NCBI GenBank assembly: GCA_036490095.1
Contig: DASXEN010000068.1
Coordinates: 3,249-67,248, forward strand
Direction: 5' to 3'
DNA length: 64,000 nucleotides
Origin: Caulobacteraceae bacterium
GTDB taxonomy: Bacteria > Pseudomonadota > Alphaproteobacteria > Caulobacterales > Caulobacteraceae
Shown here: positions 50,807 through 63,071 of the stretch, piece by piece
Numbering within the stretch: position 1 is the stretch's first letter
Layout of the letters: every line of letters begins with the position of its first letter
The notes under the pieces: generated by a model
What the model saw: only the letters and a program-made list of their open reading frames with translations
What the model was told of the DNA's origin: nothing
Database searches by the model: none
Program-made: the position numbers and the translations under genes

Positions 50807-51454
50807 ATGGCCGCCGCCGCACCGCGCTGGCGCCGCCGCAAGGCCGCCAGGCCCGCCGAGATCGTCGCCGCCGCCCTCGACGTGTTCGCCGAGCGCGGCT
50901 TCGCGGCCGCGCGGCTGGAGGACATCGCCGCCCGCGCCGGCGTCTCCAAGGCGGCGCTCTACCTCTACTTCCCGACCAAGGAGGATCTGTTCCGCGCCGT
51001 GGTCGCCGAGGCGGTCGCGCCGAACCTGGAGCGGATGCGCGCGGCGGCCGCCGCCTTCGAAGGCTCGTTCGCCGCCCTGGCCCGGGCGCTGCTTCCAACG
51101 TTGGCGGCGACGCTCGCCGATGGACCCCTCGCCAGCGTGGTGAAGATGGTGGTCGGGGAATCGCGCAACTTTCCAGAGCTGGCCCGCGTCTGGCACGACG
51201 ACCTGGTCGAGAAGGCGCTCGCCGTCGTCGGCGGCCAGATCGAGCGGGCCCAGGCGCGCGGCGAGGTGAAGCCCGGCGATCCGCGCATCTATGCGCTCGG
51301 CCTCGTCGCTCCGATGCTGCTCGCCCTGCTCTGGCGCGAGACCTTCGTGCCGATCGGCGCGCCGCCGTTCGACGTCGAGGCTGTGGCGCGCCAGCACGTG
51401 GAGACGGTGCTGGGCGGCATGCTGGCCGGACGGGGCGAGGGCAGGTTGGATTGA
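50807..51454 (+). CDS. TetR/AcrR family transcriptional regulator
   Basis: HTH FAAARLEDIAARAGVSKAALYLYFPTKEDLF. Confidence 0.88.
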   Translation: MAAAAPRWRRRKAARPAEIVAAALDVFAERGFAAARLEDIAARAGVSKAALYLYFPTKEDLFRAVVAEAVAPNLERMRAAAAAFEGSFAALARALLPTLAATLADGPLASVVKMVVGESRNFPELARVWHDDLVEKALAVVGGQIERAQARGEVKPGDPRIYALGLVAPMLLALLWRETFVPIGAPPFDVEAVARQHVETVLGGMLAGRGEGRLD

Positions 51455-51498
51455 ATGGGCGGCCTGGTAGGATTAAATCCTATCCAGGGAGTTCTTCC

Positions 51499-51783
51499 AT
51501 GCGCGCAACTCGCCAACTCAGTATCACCCTGCCGGTGGAGATGGCCGAGCTCGTGAAAGCCAAAGTCGCTTCCGGCGACTACGCCTCCGAGAGCGAGGTC
51601 ATTCGCGAGGGCCTGCGAACATTGAAGGACCGCGATGCCGCGATTGACCGATGGCTGCGGGAAGAGGCCGTGCCGACACTCAAAGCGCATGAGGCCGATC
51701 CCACACGAGCGATTCCCATCGATGAGGTGTTCGACAGGGTGATCGGCCGCATCCAGGCCAGGCGCGAAGCAAAGGCGGGATGA
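51499..51783 (+). CDS. parD: Type II antitoxin ParD (ribbon-helix-helix)
   Basis: MRATRQLSITLPVEMAELVKAKVASGDYASESEVIREGLRTL is a canonical ParD/RHH. Its stop overlaps the parE ATG (ATGA). Confidence 0.9.
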   Translation: MRATRQLSITLPVEMAELVKAKVASGDYASESEVIREGLRTLKDRDAAIDRWLREEAVPTLKAHEADPTRAIPIDEVFDRVIGRIQARREAKAG

Positions 51784-52088
51784 CCCACAGGGTCGTCTTC
51801 GATATTTCGGCCGAGGACGATCTGGTCGACGTCGGCGCGTGGATCGCCGAAAACGCGAGCATCGTTGTCGCAACCCGTTACGTCGAGCGGCTCACGGCGT
51901 ATTGCCGGCGGCTGGATGTGTTCCCGAAGCGCGGAACCGCTCGCGACGACATCTTTCCAGGTTTGCGAACAATTGGCTTCGAGCGACGGGCGCTCATCGC
52001 CTTCGCGGTGAGCGAGGAGACGGTCACGATCTTGCGCATCTTGTCTGGCGGCCAGGATGTCGAGGCTGCGCTTCGCGACCTCGGCTGA
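51780..52088 (+). CDS. parE: Type II toxin ParE (RelE/ParE superfamily)
   Basis: 102 aa. FPKRGTARDDIFPGLRTIGFERRALIAF and ILRILSGGQD are typical ParE. Confidence 0.88.
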   Translation: MTHRVVFDISAEDDLVDVGAWIAENASIVVATRYVERLTAYCRRLDVFPKRGTARDDIFPGLRTIGFERRALIAFAVSEETVTILRILSGGQDVEAALRDLG

Positions 52089-52131
52089 TCGCGCCGTTGC
52101 CACGGCTTGAGTCCCGGGCCACATCAGGCTG

Positions 52132-54673
<2,542 letters not shown>

Positions 54674-54681
<8 letters not shown>

Positions 54682-54970
54682 CGCGGCGGCCAGGGCCGAC
54701 GAGGCCGTGCGGGCCGACGTCTGGCTCTGGCGCGCCCGCTTCTGCAAGACCCGCAGCCTCGCCGCCCGGCTGATCGACGAGGGCCGCGTGCGCCTGACCC
54801 GCGCCGGCCAGGAGAGCCGCCTCGACAAGCCCGCCCGGCCGGTCAAGGTCGGCGACGCCCTGGTCTTCGCCATCGGCGGGCGCCTGCACGCAGTCAGCAT
54901 CGAGGCGCTCGGCGCGCGCCGCGGCCCGCCGGCGGAGGCGCGGGCGCTTTATTCGGAGCTTGGGAGCTGA
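54674..54970 (+). CDS. S4-domain RNA-binding protein (Hsp15-like)
   Basis: VRADVWLWRARFCKTRSLAARLIDEGRVRL is an S4 domain. It overlaps the helicase 3' end by 8 nt. Confidence 0.85.
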
Positions 54971-55078
54971 CCCTGCGACCGGCTGTAAGCAAACCTAATG
55001 ACGTATCCAGCCTCTCGGCATTGACAACCCGTGGGCGCGGCTGACAAACACGCCCGCCCGGGGCCCCCAGAGCGTCAG

Positions 55079-55420
55079 ATGACCTATATCGTCACCGATC
55101 CCTGCATCAAATGTAAGTACATGGACTGCGTCGAAGTCTGTCCGGTGGACTGCTTCTACGAAGGCGAGAACTTCCTGGTCATCAATCCGGACGAATGCAT
55201 CGACTGCGGCGTCTGCGAGCCGGAGTGCCCGGTCGACGCCATCAAGCCGGACACCGAGGACGATCCGGACGGCAAGTGGCTGAAGGTCAACACCGACTTC
55301 GCCAAGGTCTGGCCGAACATCACCCTCAAGGGCGTGCCGCCGGCCGACGCCGACGACTTCGAGCGCGAGACCGACAAGTTCGACCGCTACTTCAGCGAGA
55401 AGCCGGGCCAAGGGTCCTGA
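55079..55420 (+). CDS. fdxA: 7Fe ferredoxin (3Fe-4S plus 4Fe-4S) FdxA
   Basis: [29 protein letters not shown] and [12 protein letters not shown] cluster motifs. Confidence 0.94.
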   Translation: MTYIVTDPCIKCKYMDCVEVCPVDCFYEGENFLVINPDECIDCGVCEPECPVDAIKPDTEDDPDGKWLKVNTDFAKVWPNITLKGVPPADADDFERETDKFDRYFSEKPGQGS

Positions 55421-55463
55421 TCGGCTCCCGCCCAGAGGAAATCCAGGGTAGAGCGCGGGACGT

Positions 55464-55499
55464 CACAAACCTTTCAATCATCTAGGGTTTGTGTTATGT
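55464..55499 (+). terminator. Candidate terminator hairpin after fdxA
   Basis: CACAAACC-N14-GGTTTGTG followed by TTATGT. The loop is long and the U-tract weak. Confidence 0.3.
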
Positions 55500-55724
55500 A
55501 GAAGGCGACGTCGGGGTAGGCGGTGTGCTGAGCCCTCGTCGCAATGACAACAACGAACCCGATCCTTCTCTTCGAGCCTCTTCGGAGACGAGGGCGTCCT
55601 GTTGCGGGGCGACTCCGATCTCGATGCGACGGCTGCGCCGCCCTGGCCGCGGAACGCCAGCCTGTTGCGCGCGACGGATAAGGACGGGACGCCGCGGGTG
55701 GGTGCGGCGCACGGAAAGGACCTG

Positions 55725-56237
55725 ATGGACATGAGCCCCAAGAGCGAACTCGACTTCAAGATTGGCGACTCCGTCGTCTACCCGGCCCACGGCGTGGGCT
55801 CGGTGGTCGGCGTCGAGACCCAGGAAGTCGCCGGCATGTCGCTTGAGGTCTATGTGATCACCTTCGACCACGAGAAGATGACCCTGCGCGTGCCCACCAA
55901 GAAGGCCAAGACCGCCGGCCTGCGCTCGCTGGCCGCCGGCAACGTCGTCTCGCAGGCGCTGACCACGCTGAAGGGCCGCGCGCGCGTCAAGCGCACCATG
56001 TGGAGCCGCCGCGCCCAGGAATACGAAGCCAAGATCAACTCCGGCGACCTGATCTCGATCGCCGAGGTGGTGCGCGACCTGCACCGCTCGGAGAGCCAGC
56101 CGGAGCAGTCCTACTCCGAGCGCCAGCTCTACGAATCGGCGCTGGACCGCATGGCCCGCGAAGTCGCCGCCATCGAGCAGATCGACCGCGAGGCCGCCAT
56201 CGGCATCCTGCACAAGAACCTGCAGAAGGCCGCCTGA
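55725..56237 (+). CDS. cdnL: CarD-family RNA-polymerase-binding regulator (CdnL-like)
   Basis: FKIGDSVVYPAHGVGSVVGVETQEVAGMSLEVYVI is a CarD_CdnL_TRCF domain, followed by the C-terminal helical domain. It is preceded by a structured leader of about 300 nt. Confidence 0.9.
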   Translation: MDMSPKSELDFKIGDSVVYPAHGVGSVVGVETQEVAGMSLEVYVITFDHEKMTLRVPTKKAKTAGLRSLAAGNVVSQALTTLKGRARVKRTMWSRRAQEYEAKINSGDLISIAEVVRDLHRSESQPEQSYSERQLYESALDRMAREVAAIEQIDREAAIGILHKNLQKAA

Positions 56238-56313
56238 GGCGCATCGCGCCGAGGCTTTGCAAGGCCCCTCCCGTTTGCGCGGCAAGGGGCTTTTGCCTGG
56301 CGGAGACCAATCC

Positions 56314-56787
56314 ATGGCCCGACGCGTGAACATCATGCTGACGGTGCGCGCGCTGCACAGCTACATCGGCGCCTTCGTCGCTCCGCTGGTGCTGTTCCTC
56401 ACCTTCACCGGCTCGTTGCAGGTGTTCAGCCTGCACGAGGCGCACGGCGGCTACACGCCGCCGGCGCTCCTGGTGCGCCTGTCGCGCGTCCACAAGGACC
56501 AGGTGATCGCGCTGCCGAAGGCGCGTCCGCAGTCCGACGCCGCGCCCAGGCGCCAGCGTGAGCACGCCGCCGCGCCCGCGCCCCACAAGGCAGCGCCCCA
56601 CAAGGCAGCACCCTGGGCGGTGACGGCGCTGAAGTGGCTGTTCGTCGCGGTCGCCGCCGGCCTCGCGCTCTCGACGCTGCTCGGCCTGTGGATGGCCTTC
56701 ACCTTCGGTCGCCGCAAGCGGCTGATCCTCGCCTTGCTGATCGCCGGCGCCGCGCTGCCGATCCTGCTGGTGGCGCTGCAGGGCTAG
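56314..56787 (+). CDS. PepSY-associated TM helix-type membrane protein
   Basis: Start at MARRVNIMLTVRALHSYIGAFVAPLVLFLTFTG. There is a second TM at the C-terminus and a Pro/Ala/His-rich linker. Confidence 0.6.
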   Translation: MARRVNIMLTVRALHSYIGAFVAPLVLFLTFTGSLQVFSLHEAHGGYTPPALLVRLSRVHKDQVIALPKARPQSDAAPRRQREHAAAPAPHKAAPHKAAPWAVTALKWLFVAVAAGLALSTLLGLWMAFTFGRRKRLILALLIAGAALPILLVALQG

Positions 56788-56877
56788 CGCGGCCGAGCGG
56801 CAGATTGACTTCGCCAAGGCCCGTCTCTATATCCGCGCCCTCCCGATCAGCCCCTTCCAGACGACGCGTCCCGCCCC

Positions 56878-57003
56878 ATGAAAGTCCGCAGTTCCCTGAA
56901 GTCGCTGAAGACGCGCCACCGCGACTGCAAGCTCGTGCGCCGCAAGGGCCGCATCTACGTCATCAACAAGACCGACCCGCGCTACAAAGCCAAGCAGGGC
57001 TGA
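56878..57003 (+). CDS. rpmJ: 50S ribosomal protein L36 (non-zinc, YkgO-type)
   Basis: 41-aa [44 protein letters not shown]. It is absent from the ORF track because it is below the length cut-off. Confidence 0.9.
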   Translation: MKVRSSLKSLKTRHRDCKLVRRKGRIYVINKTDPRYKAKQG

Positions 57004-57017
57004 GCCGCCGCCCGGCC

Positions 57018-57623
57018 GTGGCCATCCGCGGGGTCGTCTTCGACGTCGGCAATGTCATCGTGCGCTGGAGCCCGCGCACCCTCTATTCCAAGATCTTCGC
57101 CGATCCGGCCGAGTGCGACTGGTTCCTCGAGAACGTCTGCACCATGGCCTGGCACATGCGCCATGACGCCGGCGTCTCCTTCGCCGATAACCGCGCGCCG
57201 CTGGTCGCCCGGTATCCCACCTATGCGGCGGCGATCGTCGCCTGGGAGACGCGCTGGTGGGAGATGTTCTCCGGCCCGATCCCCGAGACCGTGGCGGCCA
57301 TCGAGGCGCTGCACGCCCGCGGCGTGGTGCTGGCGGGCCTGACCAACATGCCGTCCTCCACCCGCGACGGCACCTTCGCCATGAGCCCGGCTTTCGCGCG
57401 GCTCTCGGCCATCGTCGTCTCCGGCGACGTGGGCCTCGCCAAGCCCGATCCCGCCATCTTCGCCCTCACGGCCGAGCGGGCCGGCCTCGCGCCGGCCGAG
57501 CTGCTGTTCGTCGACGATTCGCCGCGCAACATCGCCGCGGCGATCGCCTGCGGCTACGACACGCACCTGTTCGAAGACCCTGCGGCGCTGCATCCCGCCT
57601 TGCAGGCGCGCGGTCTGTTGTGA
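57018..57623 (+). CDS. HAD-superfamily hydrolase (subfamily IA)
   Basis: GTG start. VVFDVGNV is motif I (DxG variant). GLTN is motif II. KPDPAIF and FVDDSPRNI are motifs III/IV. Confidence 0.8.
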   Translation: MAIRGVVFDVGNVIVRWSPRTLYSKIFADPAECDWFLENVCTMAWHMRHDAGVSFADNRAPLVARYPTYAAAIVAWETRWWEMFSGPIPETVAAIEALHARGVVLAGLTNMPSSTRDGTFAMSPAFARLSAIVVSGDVGLAKPDPAIFALTAERAGLAPAELLFVDDSPRNIAAAIACGYDTHLFEDPAALHPALQARGLL

Positions 57624-57689
57624 GCCGGCGCCCGCGCCGCTAGGGTCGCGCCGTCCTCTCAACCCCATGCCCAGCGAGCTGCAGTTCCC

Positions 57690-57956
57690 ATGGCCGACGA
57701 TTCCTCCAGCCTCGACACCCTCGGCGTCACCGCGCAAGGCAAGCTGAAGAGCTTCGTCGAGCGGATCGAGCGGCTGGAGGAGGACAAGGCCGCGGTCGCC
57801 AGCGACCTGAAGGAGGTCTACGCCGAGGCCAAGGGCGAGGGCTTCGACACCAAGATCCTGCGCAAGGTGGTGCGCCTCAGGAAGGCCGACTCCGCCAAGC
57901 GCGAGGAGGAAGAGGCGCTGATCGAGCTCTACATCTCGGCCATCGGAGGGCTGTGA
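57690..57956 (+). CDS. gapR: DUF2312 nucleoid-associated protein GapR
   Basis: 88 aa. LKSFVERIERLEEDKAAVASDLKEVYAEAKGEGFDTKILRKVVRLRK is the DUF2312/GapR signature. Confidence 0.9.
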   Translation: MADDSSSLDTLGVTAQGKLKSFVERIERLEEDKAAVASDLKEVYAEAKGEGFDTKILRKVVRLRKADSAKREEEEALIELYISAIGGL

Positions 57957-58267
57957 ACCGAAAGCCGCCCGATCGGCGCGCGCAGGCCAAGCGGGCCGCG
58001 CTCAACGCCCTGAGACGCGCCCGCCGCGCCGCCGAGCGCGCCGGCGTCGCCCTCTCCGACTGGGAGGGGGAGTTCCTCGGCTCGGTGGCCGAGCGGGTCA
58101 CCAGCTACGGCCGCGCCTTCGCCGACCCGGAGAAGGGCGCGCCGGGCGCCGCGCTTTCGATGCGCCAGGGCGTGAAGCTCAAGGAGATCGCCGCCAAGGC
58201 CAAGGGCAAGCCGCGAGGGAATCTCAAACGCCGGACTCCGCTTGGGAAATCCGCCGATCAGGATTAG
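57953..58267 (+). CDS. Hypothetical basic protein translationally coupled to gapR
   Basis: 104 aa with a GTGA start/stop overlap with gapR. Arg/Lys-rich ends. No family recognised. Confidence 0.5.
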   Translation: MNRKPPDRRAQAKRAALNALRRARRAAERAGVALSDWEGEFLGSVAERVTSYGRAFADPEKGAPGAALSMRQGVKLKEIAAKAKGKPRGNLKRRTPLGKSADQD

Positions 58268-58312
58268 GGATACTTACAGGGGCGGGACCCACGGGGACAG
58301 CAGGGGATATTT

Positions 58313-59362
58313 GTGCCGACATCCGCGGTTTTGCTTTCGCTTGCGTGCGCTTCGCCCCCGCACGAGTTCCTGCAAGCAGAGGTGGCCACCCAGGCGCGCC
58401 GCCTGTTCGGCCCCAAGTTCCGCGATTTCGAGCGCCTCTTTCCGGTGTTCCGCAACACCGGCATCCGCTCCCGCCAGGCGGTCCTGCCGATGGAATGGTA
58501 TTTCCAGGACCGCTCCTGGCCCGAGCGCACCGCGGCCTATCTGGAGGGCGCGGTCGACCTCTTCTGTGACGCCGCCTCGCAGGCGCTGGAGCGCGCCGGC
58601 TTGACCGCCGCCGACATCGATACCGTCGTCACCGTCTCCTCCACCGGCATCGCCACGCCCAGCCTGGAGGCGCGCGCCGCCGGCCGCCTGGGCTTCCGCG
58701 AAGACGTGGCCCGGGTGCCGGTGTTCGGCCTCGGCTGCGCCGGCGGCGTGACGGGCTTGTCGATCGCCGGGCGGCTGGCGCAGGCCCGGCCCGGCTCCAA
58801 CGTGCTGATGGTGGCGGTCGAGCTCTGCACCCTGGCCTGCCGCCTCGACGAGATGACCAGCGCCAACATCGTCGCCACCGCCCTGTTCGGCGACGGCGCG
58901 GCGGCCTGCGTGCTGCGCGCCGGCGCCGGCGAGGGCCTGGCCGAGATCACCGGCGCGGCCGAGCACACCTGGCCCGACAGCCTCGACATCATGGGCTGGA
59001 ACGTCGACCCGCTCGGCTTCGGCGTCATCTTCGACCGCTCGATCCCCACCTTCGCCGAGGCCAACCTGCGGCCGGCGATGGACGGCTCGCTGGCGAAGAT
59101 GGGCCTCGGCCTCGCCGACGTCGACCGCTTCGTCTGCCATCCGGGCGGCGCCAAGGTGATCGAGGCGCTGGAGAAGTCGCTGGACCTCGGCCAGGGCGCG
59201 CTGACCTGGGAGCGCGAGGTGCTGGCCGACCACGGCAACATGTCCGCGCCGACGGTGATCTTCGTGCTGGAGCGGGCGCTGGCGGAGAAGGCGCGCGGCC
59301 GGCTGGTGCTGACCGCACTCGGGCCCGGCTTCACGGCGTCCTGCGTCTCCCTGGCGGCGTGA
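58313..59362 (+). CDS. Type III polyketide synthase (chalcone/stilbene synthase family)
   Basis: Catalytic triad contexts FGLGCAGGV (Cys), CHPGGAKV (His) and HGNMSAPTV (Asn). Confidence 0.9.
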   Translation: MPTSAVLLSLACASPPHEFLQAEVATQARRLFGPKFRDFERLFPVFRNTGIRSRQAVLPMEWYFQDRSWPERTAAYLEGAVDLFCDAASQALERAGLTAADIDTVVTVSSTGIATPSLEARAAGRLGFREDVARVPVFGLGCAGGVTGLSIAGRLAQARPGSNVLMVAVELCTLACRLDEMTSANIVATALFGDGAAACVLRAGAGEGLAEITGAAEHTWPDSLDIMGWNVDPLGFGVIFDRSIPTFAEANLRPAMDGSLAKMGLGLADVDRFVCHPGGAKVIEALEKSLDLGQGALTWEREVLADHGNMSAPTVIFVLERALAEKARGRLVLTALGPGFTASCVSLAA

Positions 59363-59886
59363 TCCTCGCAGTCCTGCTGCTGGCGCTCGTCACCGCCCAG
59401 CGGCTGGGCGAGCTGGTGCTGGCGGCGCACAACACCCGGCGGCTGAAGGCGCAGGGCGCCTACGAGGTCGCGCACGGCCACTATCCGCTGATCGTCGTCC
59501 TGCACGGCGCCTGGCTCGCCGGCCTCTGGTGGCTCGCCTGGGACCGGCCGCTCAGCCTGCCGCTGGCAGGGCTGTTCCTGGTGGTCGAGGGTCTGCGGGT
59601 CTGGGTGCTCACCAGCCTCGGACCGCGCTGGACCACCCGCATTATCATCCTGCCGGGCGCGCCGCTGGTGCGCCGCGGACCCTACAAGGTCTTCCCGCAC
59701 CCGAACTACGCGGTGGTCTGCGCCGAAATCCTGCTGCTGCCGCTGGTGTTCGGCCTGTGGATCTACGCGCTGGTGTTCACCGTGCTGAACGCGGCGGTGC
59801 TGTTCGTGCGGATTCGTGCGGAGAACGCGGCGCTGTCGGTGGGTCCAACAGCCGACGCTCGATCCCCTCACCTTCCCACGCCCTGA
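59359..59886 (+). CDS. Isoprenylcysteine carboxyl methyltransferase (ICMT) family membrane methyltransferase
   Basis: Multi-TM protein. GPYKVFPHPNYAVVCAEILLLPL is the ICMT motif. GTGA overlap with the PKS gene. The last 8 codons lie inside repeat element 59861-59950. Confidence 0.85.
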   Translation: MILAVLLLALVTAQRLGELVLAAHNTRRLKAQGAYEVAHGHYPLIVVLHGAWLAGLWWLAWDRPLSLPLAGLFLVVEGLRVWVLTSLGPRWTTRIIILPGAPLVRRGPYKVFPHPNYAVVCAEILLLPLVFGLWIYALVFTVLNAAVLFVRIRAENAALSVGPTADARSPHLPTP

Positions 59887-59950
59887 CGGGCGCGGGCCCC
59901 TTCCTCTCCCGACGGGAGAGGTGAAGAGGGATGGGAGGGTGAGGGGATCG
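59861..59950 (+). repeat. Nested palindromic repeat element, short copy
   Basis: GATCCCCTCACCTTCCCA ... TGGGAGGGTGAGGGGATC forms an outer stem, with an inner CCTCTCCCGACGGGAGAGG hairpin. Confidence 0.85.
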
Positions 59951-59962
59951 CCCCTCGGCCGT

Positions 59963-61195
59963 TCACCCAGCCGCAGCCAGCTTGCGCGCCTTCGCCACGT
60001 CGGCCGGCCGCACGGCCGAGGCCTGGTTGCCCCAGGCGTTGCGGATGTAGTTGGCGACGTCGGCGATGTCGCCGTCGCTGAGCTTGTCGCCGAACGCCGG
60101 CATCGCCTCGGGCTTCGGGTGGGCGGCGGTGACGGGCGTCTTCGAGCCGGCGAGGACGTAGCGGATCACCGTCGCCGGGTTGGGCGCCTGGGTCAGCGCG
60201 CTGCCGGGCAGCGGCGGACCCCGCTCGGGGCTGGCGTTCGCGCCGTGGCAGCGGGCGCAGCTCGCTTCGAATACGGCCTGGCCGCGGGCCTGCGAGGCTG
60301 CGTCCGGCGCGGGCGTGACGCTCGCCGGCGGCGTGGCCGGCAGGCTCTTCAGGTAGGTGGCCACCGCGCCGATGTCGGCGTCGTCCCACTTCGAGGTCGA
60401 GCCGGCGACGACGCCGGCCATCATCCCGCCGGCGGCGGTGAAGCGGTTCTGGCCGGTCTTGAGGAAGAGGGCGATGTCGCCGCGGCTCCAGGCGCCGAGG
60501 CCGGTGCGCGGCTCCTGCGTCAGGCTGGGCGCGAACCAGCCCTCGACGGCGCCGCCCTGCAAGGCCCGGTCGCGGTCGTCGGCCTGCAGCGAGTTCTTCG
60601 GCGTGTGGCAGTCGCCGCAATGGGCCAGCGCCTGGACGATGTAGGCGCCGCGGTTCCACTCGGCGGTGCGGTCCGGGTCGGGCCGGAACGACCCCTCGTG
60701 GAAGAACAGCAGGTTCCAGACGCCCATGATGGCGCGGATGTTGAGCGGGAAGGAAAGCTGGTCGCGCTTCGGTTCGTTGCGGATCGGCGGCGCGGTGCGC
60801 AGGTAGGCGAAGAGGTCGTCGGCGTCCTGGCGGGCGATGTTGGTGAAGTAGGGATAGGGGAAGGCCGGATAGAGGTGGCCGACCTTGCGGCTGACCCCGG
60901 TGTGCAGCGCCCGGTAGAAGTCGTCCTGGCTCCAGGCGCCGATGCCGGTGGCCGGATCGGGGGTGATGTTGGCGGAGCCGACAGTCCCAAGGCCCGAGTG
61001 GAAGTTGCGGCCGCCGGCGAACGGGCCGGCCTCGGCCGAATGGCACTCGGCGCAGCCGCCGAGCAGCGCCAGGTACTTGCCGCGGGCGACCGGGTCGTCG
61101 CCGGGCGATTGGGCGGGGCTGGGGCCGCTCAAGGCGACGGCGCAGAAGCCGGCGAGAACGGCGAGCGGCCGCAGGTGGCGGCGGGACGCGGGCAT
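59963..61195 (-). CDS. Tri-haem c-type cytochrome (dehydrogenase cytochrome c subunit-like)
   Basis: Signal peptide and three CxxCH motifs (CAECH, CGDCH, CARCH). Confidence 0.88.
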   Translation of the reverse strand: MPASRRHLRPLAVLAGFCAVALSGPSPAQSPGDDPVARGKYLALLGGCAECHSAEAGPFAGGRNFHSGLGTVGSANITPDPATGIGAWSQDDFYRALHTGVSRKVGHLYPAFPYPYFTNIARQDADDLFAYLRTAPPIRNEPKRDQLSFPLNIRAIMGVWNLLFFHEGSFRPDPDRTAEWNRGAYIVQALAHCGDCHTPKNSLQADDRDRALQGGAVEGWFAPSLTQEPRTGLGAWSRGDIALFLKTGQNRFTAAGGMMAGVVAGSTSKWDDADIGAVATYLKSLPATPPASVTPAPDAASQARGQAVFEASCARCHGANASPERGPPLPGSALTQAPNPATVIRYVLAGSKTPVTAAHPKPEAMPAFGDKLSDGDIADVANYIRNAWGNQASAVRPADVAKARKLAAAG

Positions 61196-61301
61196 GCCTG
61201 GGCACTCCCTGGGAGGGACGGGTTACGCCTCCTCACGTCCCTGCCGAGGCGGTCAACTTCGCTGCGCGACCATCGGTTCCGCGGGGCGCCGGCGAAGGCC
61301 C

Positions 61302-61448
61302 GATCCCCTCACCTTGCCACGCCATGACGGGCGCGGGCCCCTCCCTCTCCCGATGGGAGAGGTGAAGAGAGGGCGCCGCTGCTCACACCTCTCCCATCGG
61401 GAGAGGGAGGGGCCCAAGCGCGAAGCGGTTGGGAGGGTGAGGGGATCG
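61302..61448 (+). repeat. Nested palindromic repeat element, long copy
   Basis: It has the same termini as 59861-59950 and the same orientation. The inner part is expanded to a perfect 30-bp inverted repeat (GGGCCCCTCCCTCTCCCGATGGGAGAGGTG ... CACCTCTCCCATCGGGAGAGGGAGGGGCCC). Confidence 0.85.
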
Positions 61449-61473
61449 GGCGCTGGCCGATATGGGCTCGGCG

Positions 61474-62946
<1,473 letters not shown>

Positions 62947-63071
62947 GCAAAGACACCCACCGAATGCGCCGCGCCATCGATGGGCGCGGCTTCTGTTTTG
63001 TGCCTTCCTGATACAGGCGGCCGGTAAAGGCGGGGTTTCGCAGAGCTGAGCGGCGGGTTAACGCGCGGTCG

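Noticed and set aside
55489-55725. 78-aa ORF in the cdnL leader.
   Set aside because: It has atypical codon usage and composition and no recognisable motif. It ends exactly at the cdnL start region, and the region is better explained as a structured leader.
62960-63010. Hairpin CCGCGCC-ATCGATG-GGCGCGG followed by a T-rich tract on the plus strand, which looks like a rho-independent terminator.
   Set aside because: No plus-strand gene ends here. It lies in the 5' leader of the minus-strand sigma-54 activator gene. On that strand it is not followed by a U-tract, so it was not called as a terminator.
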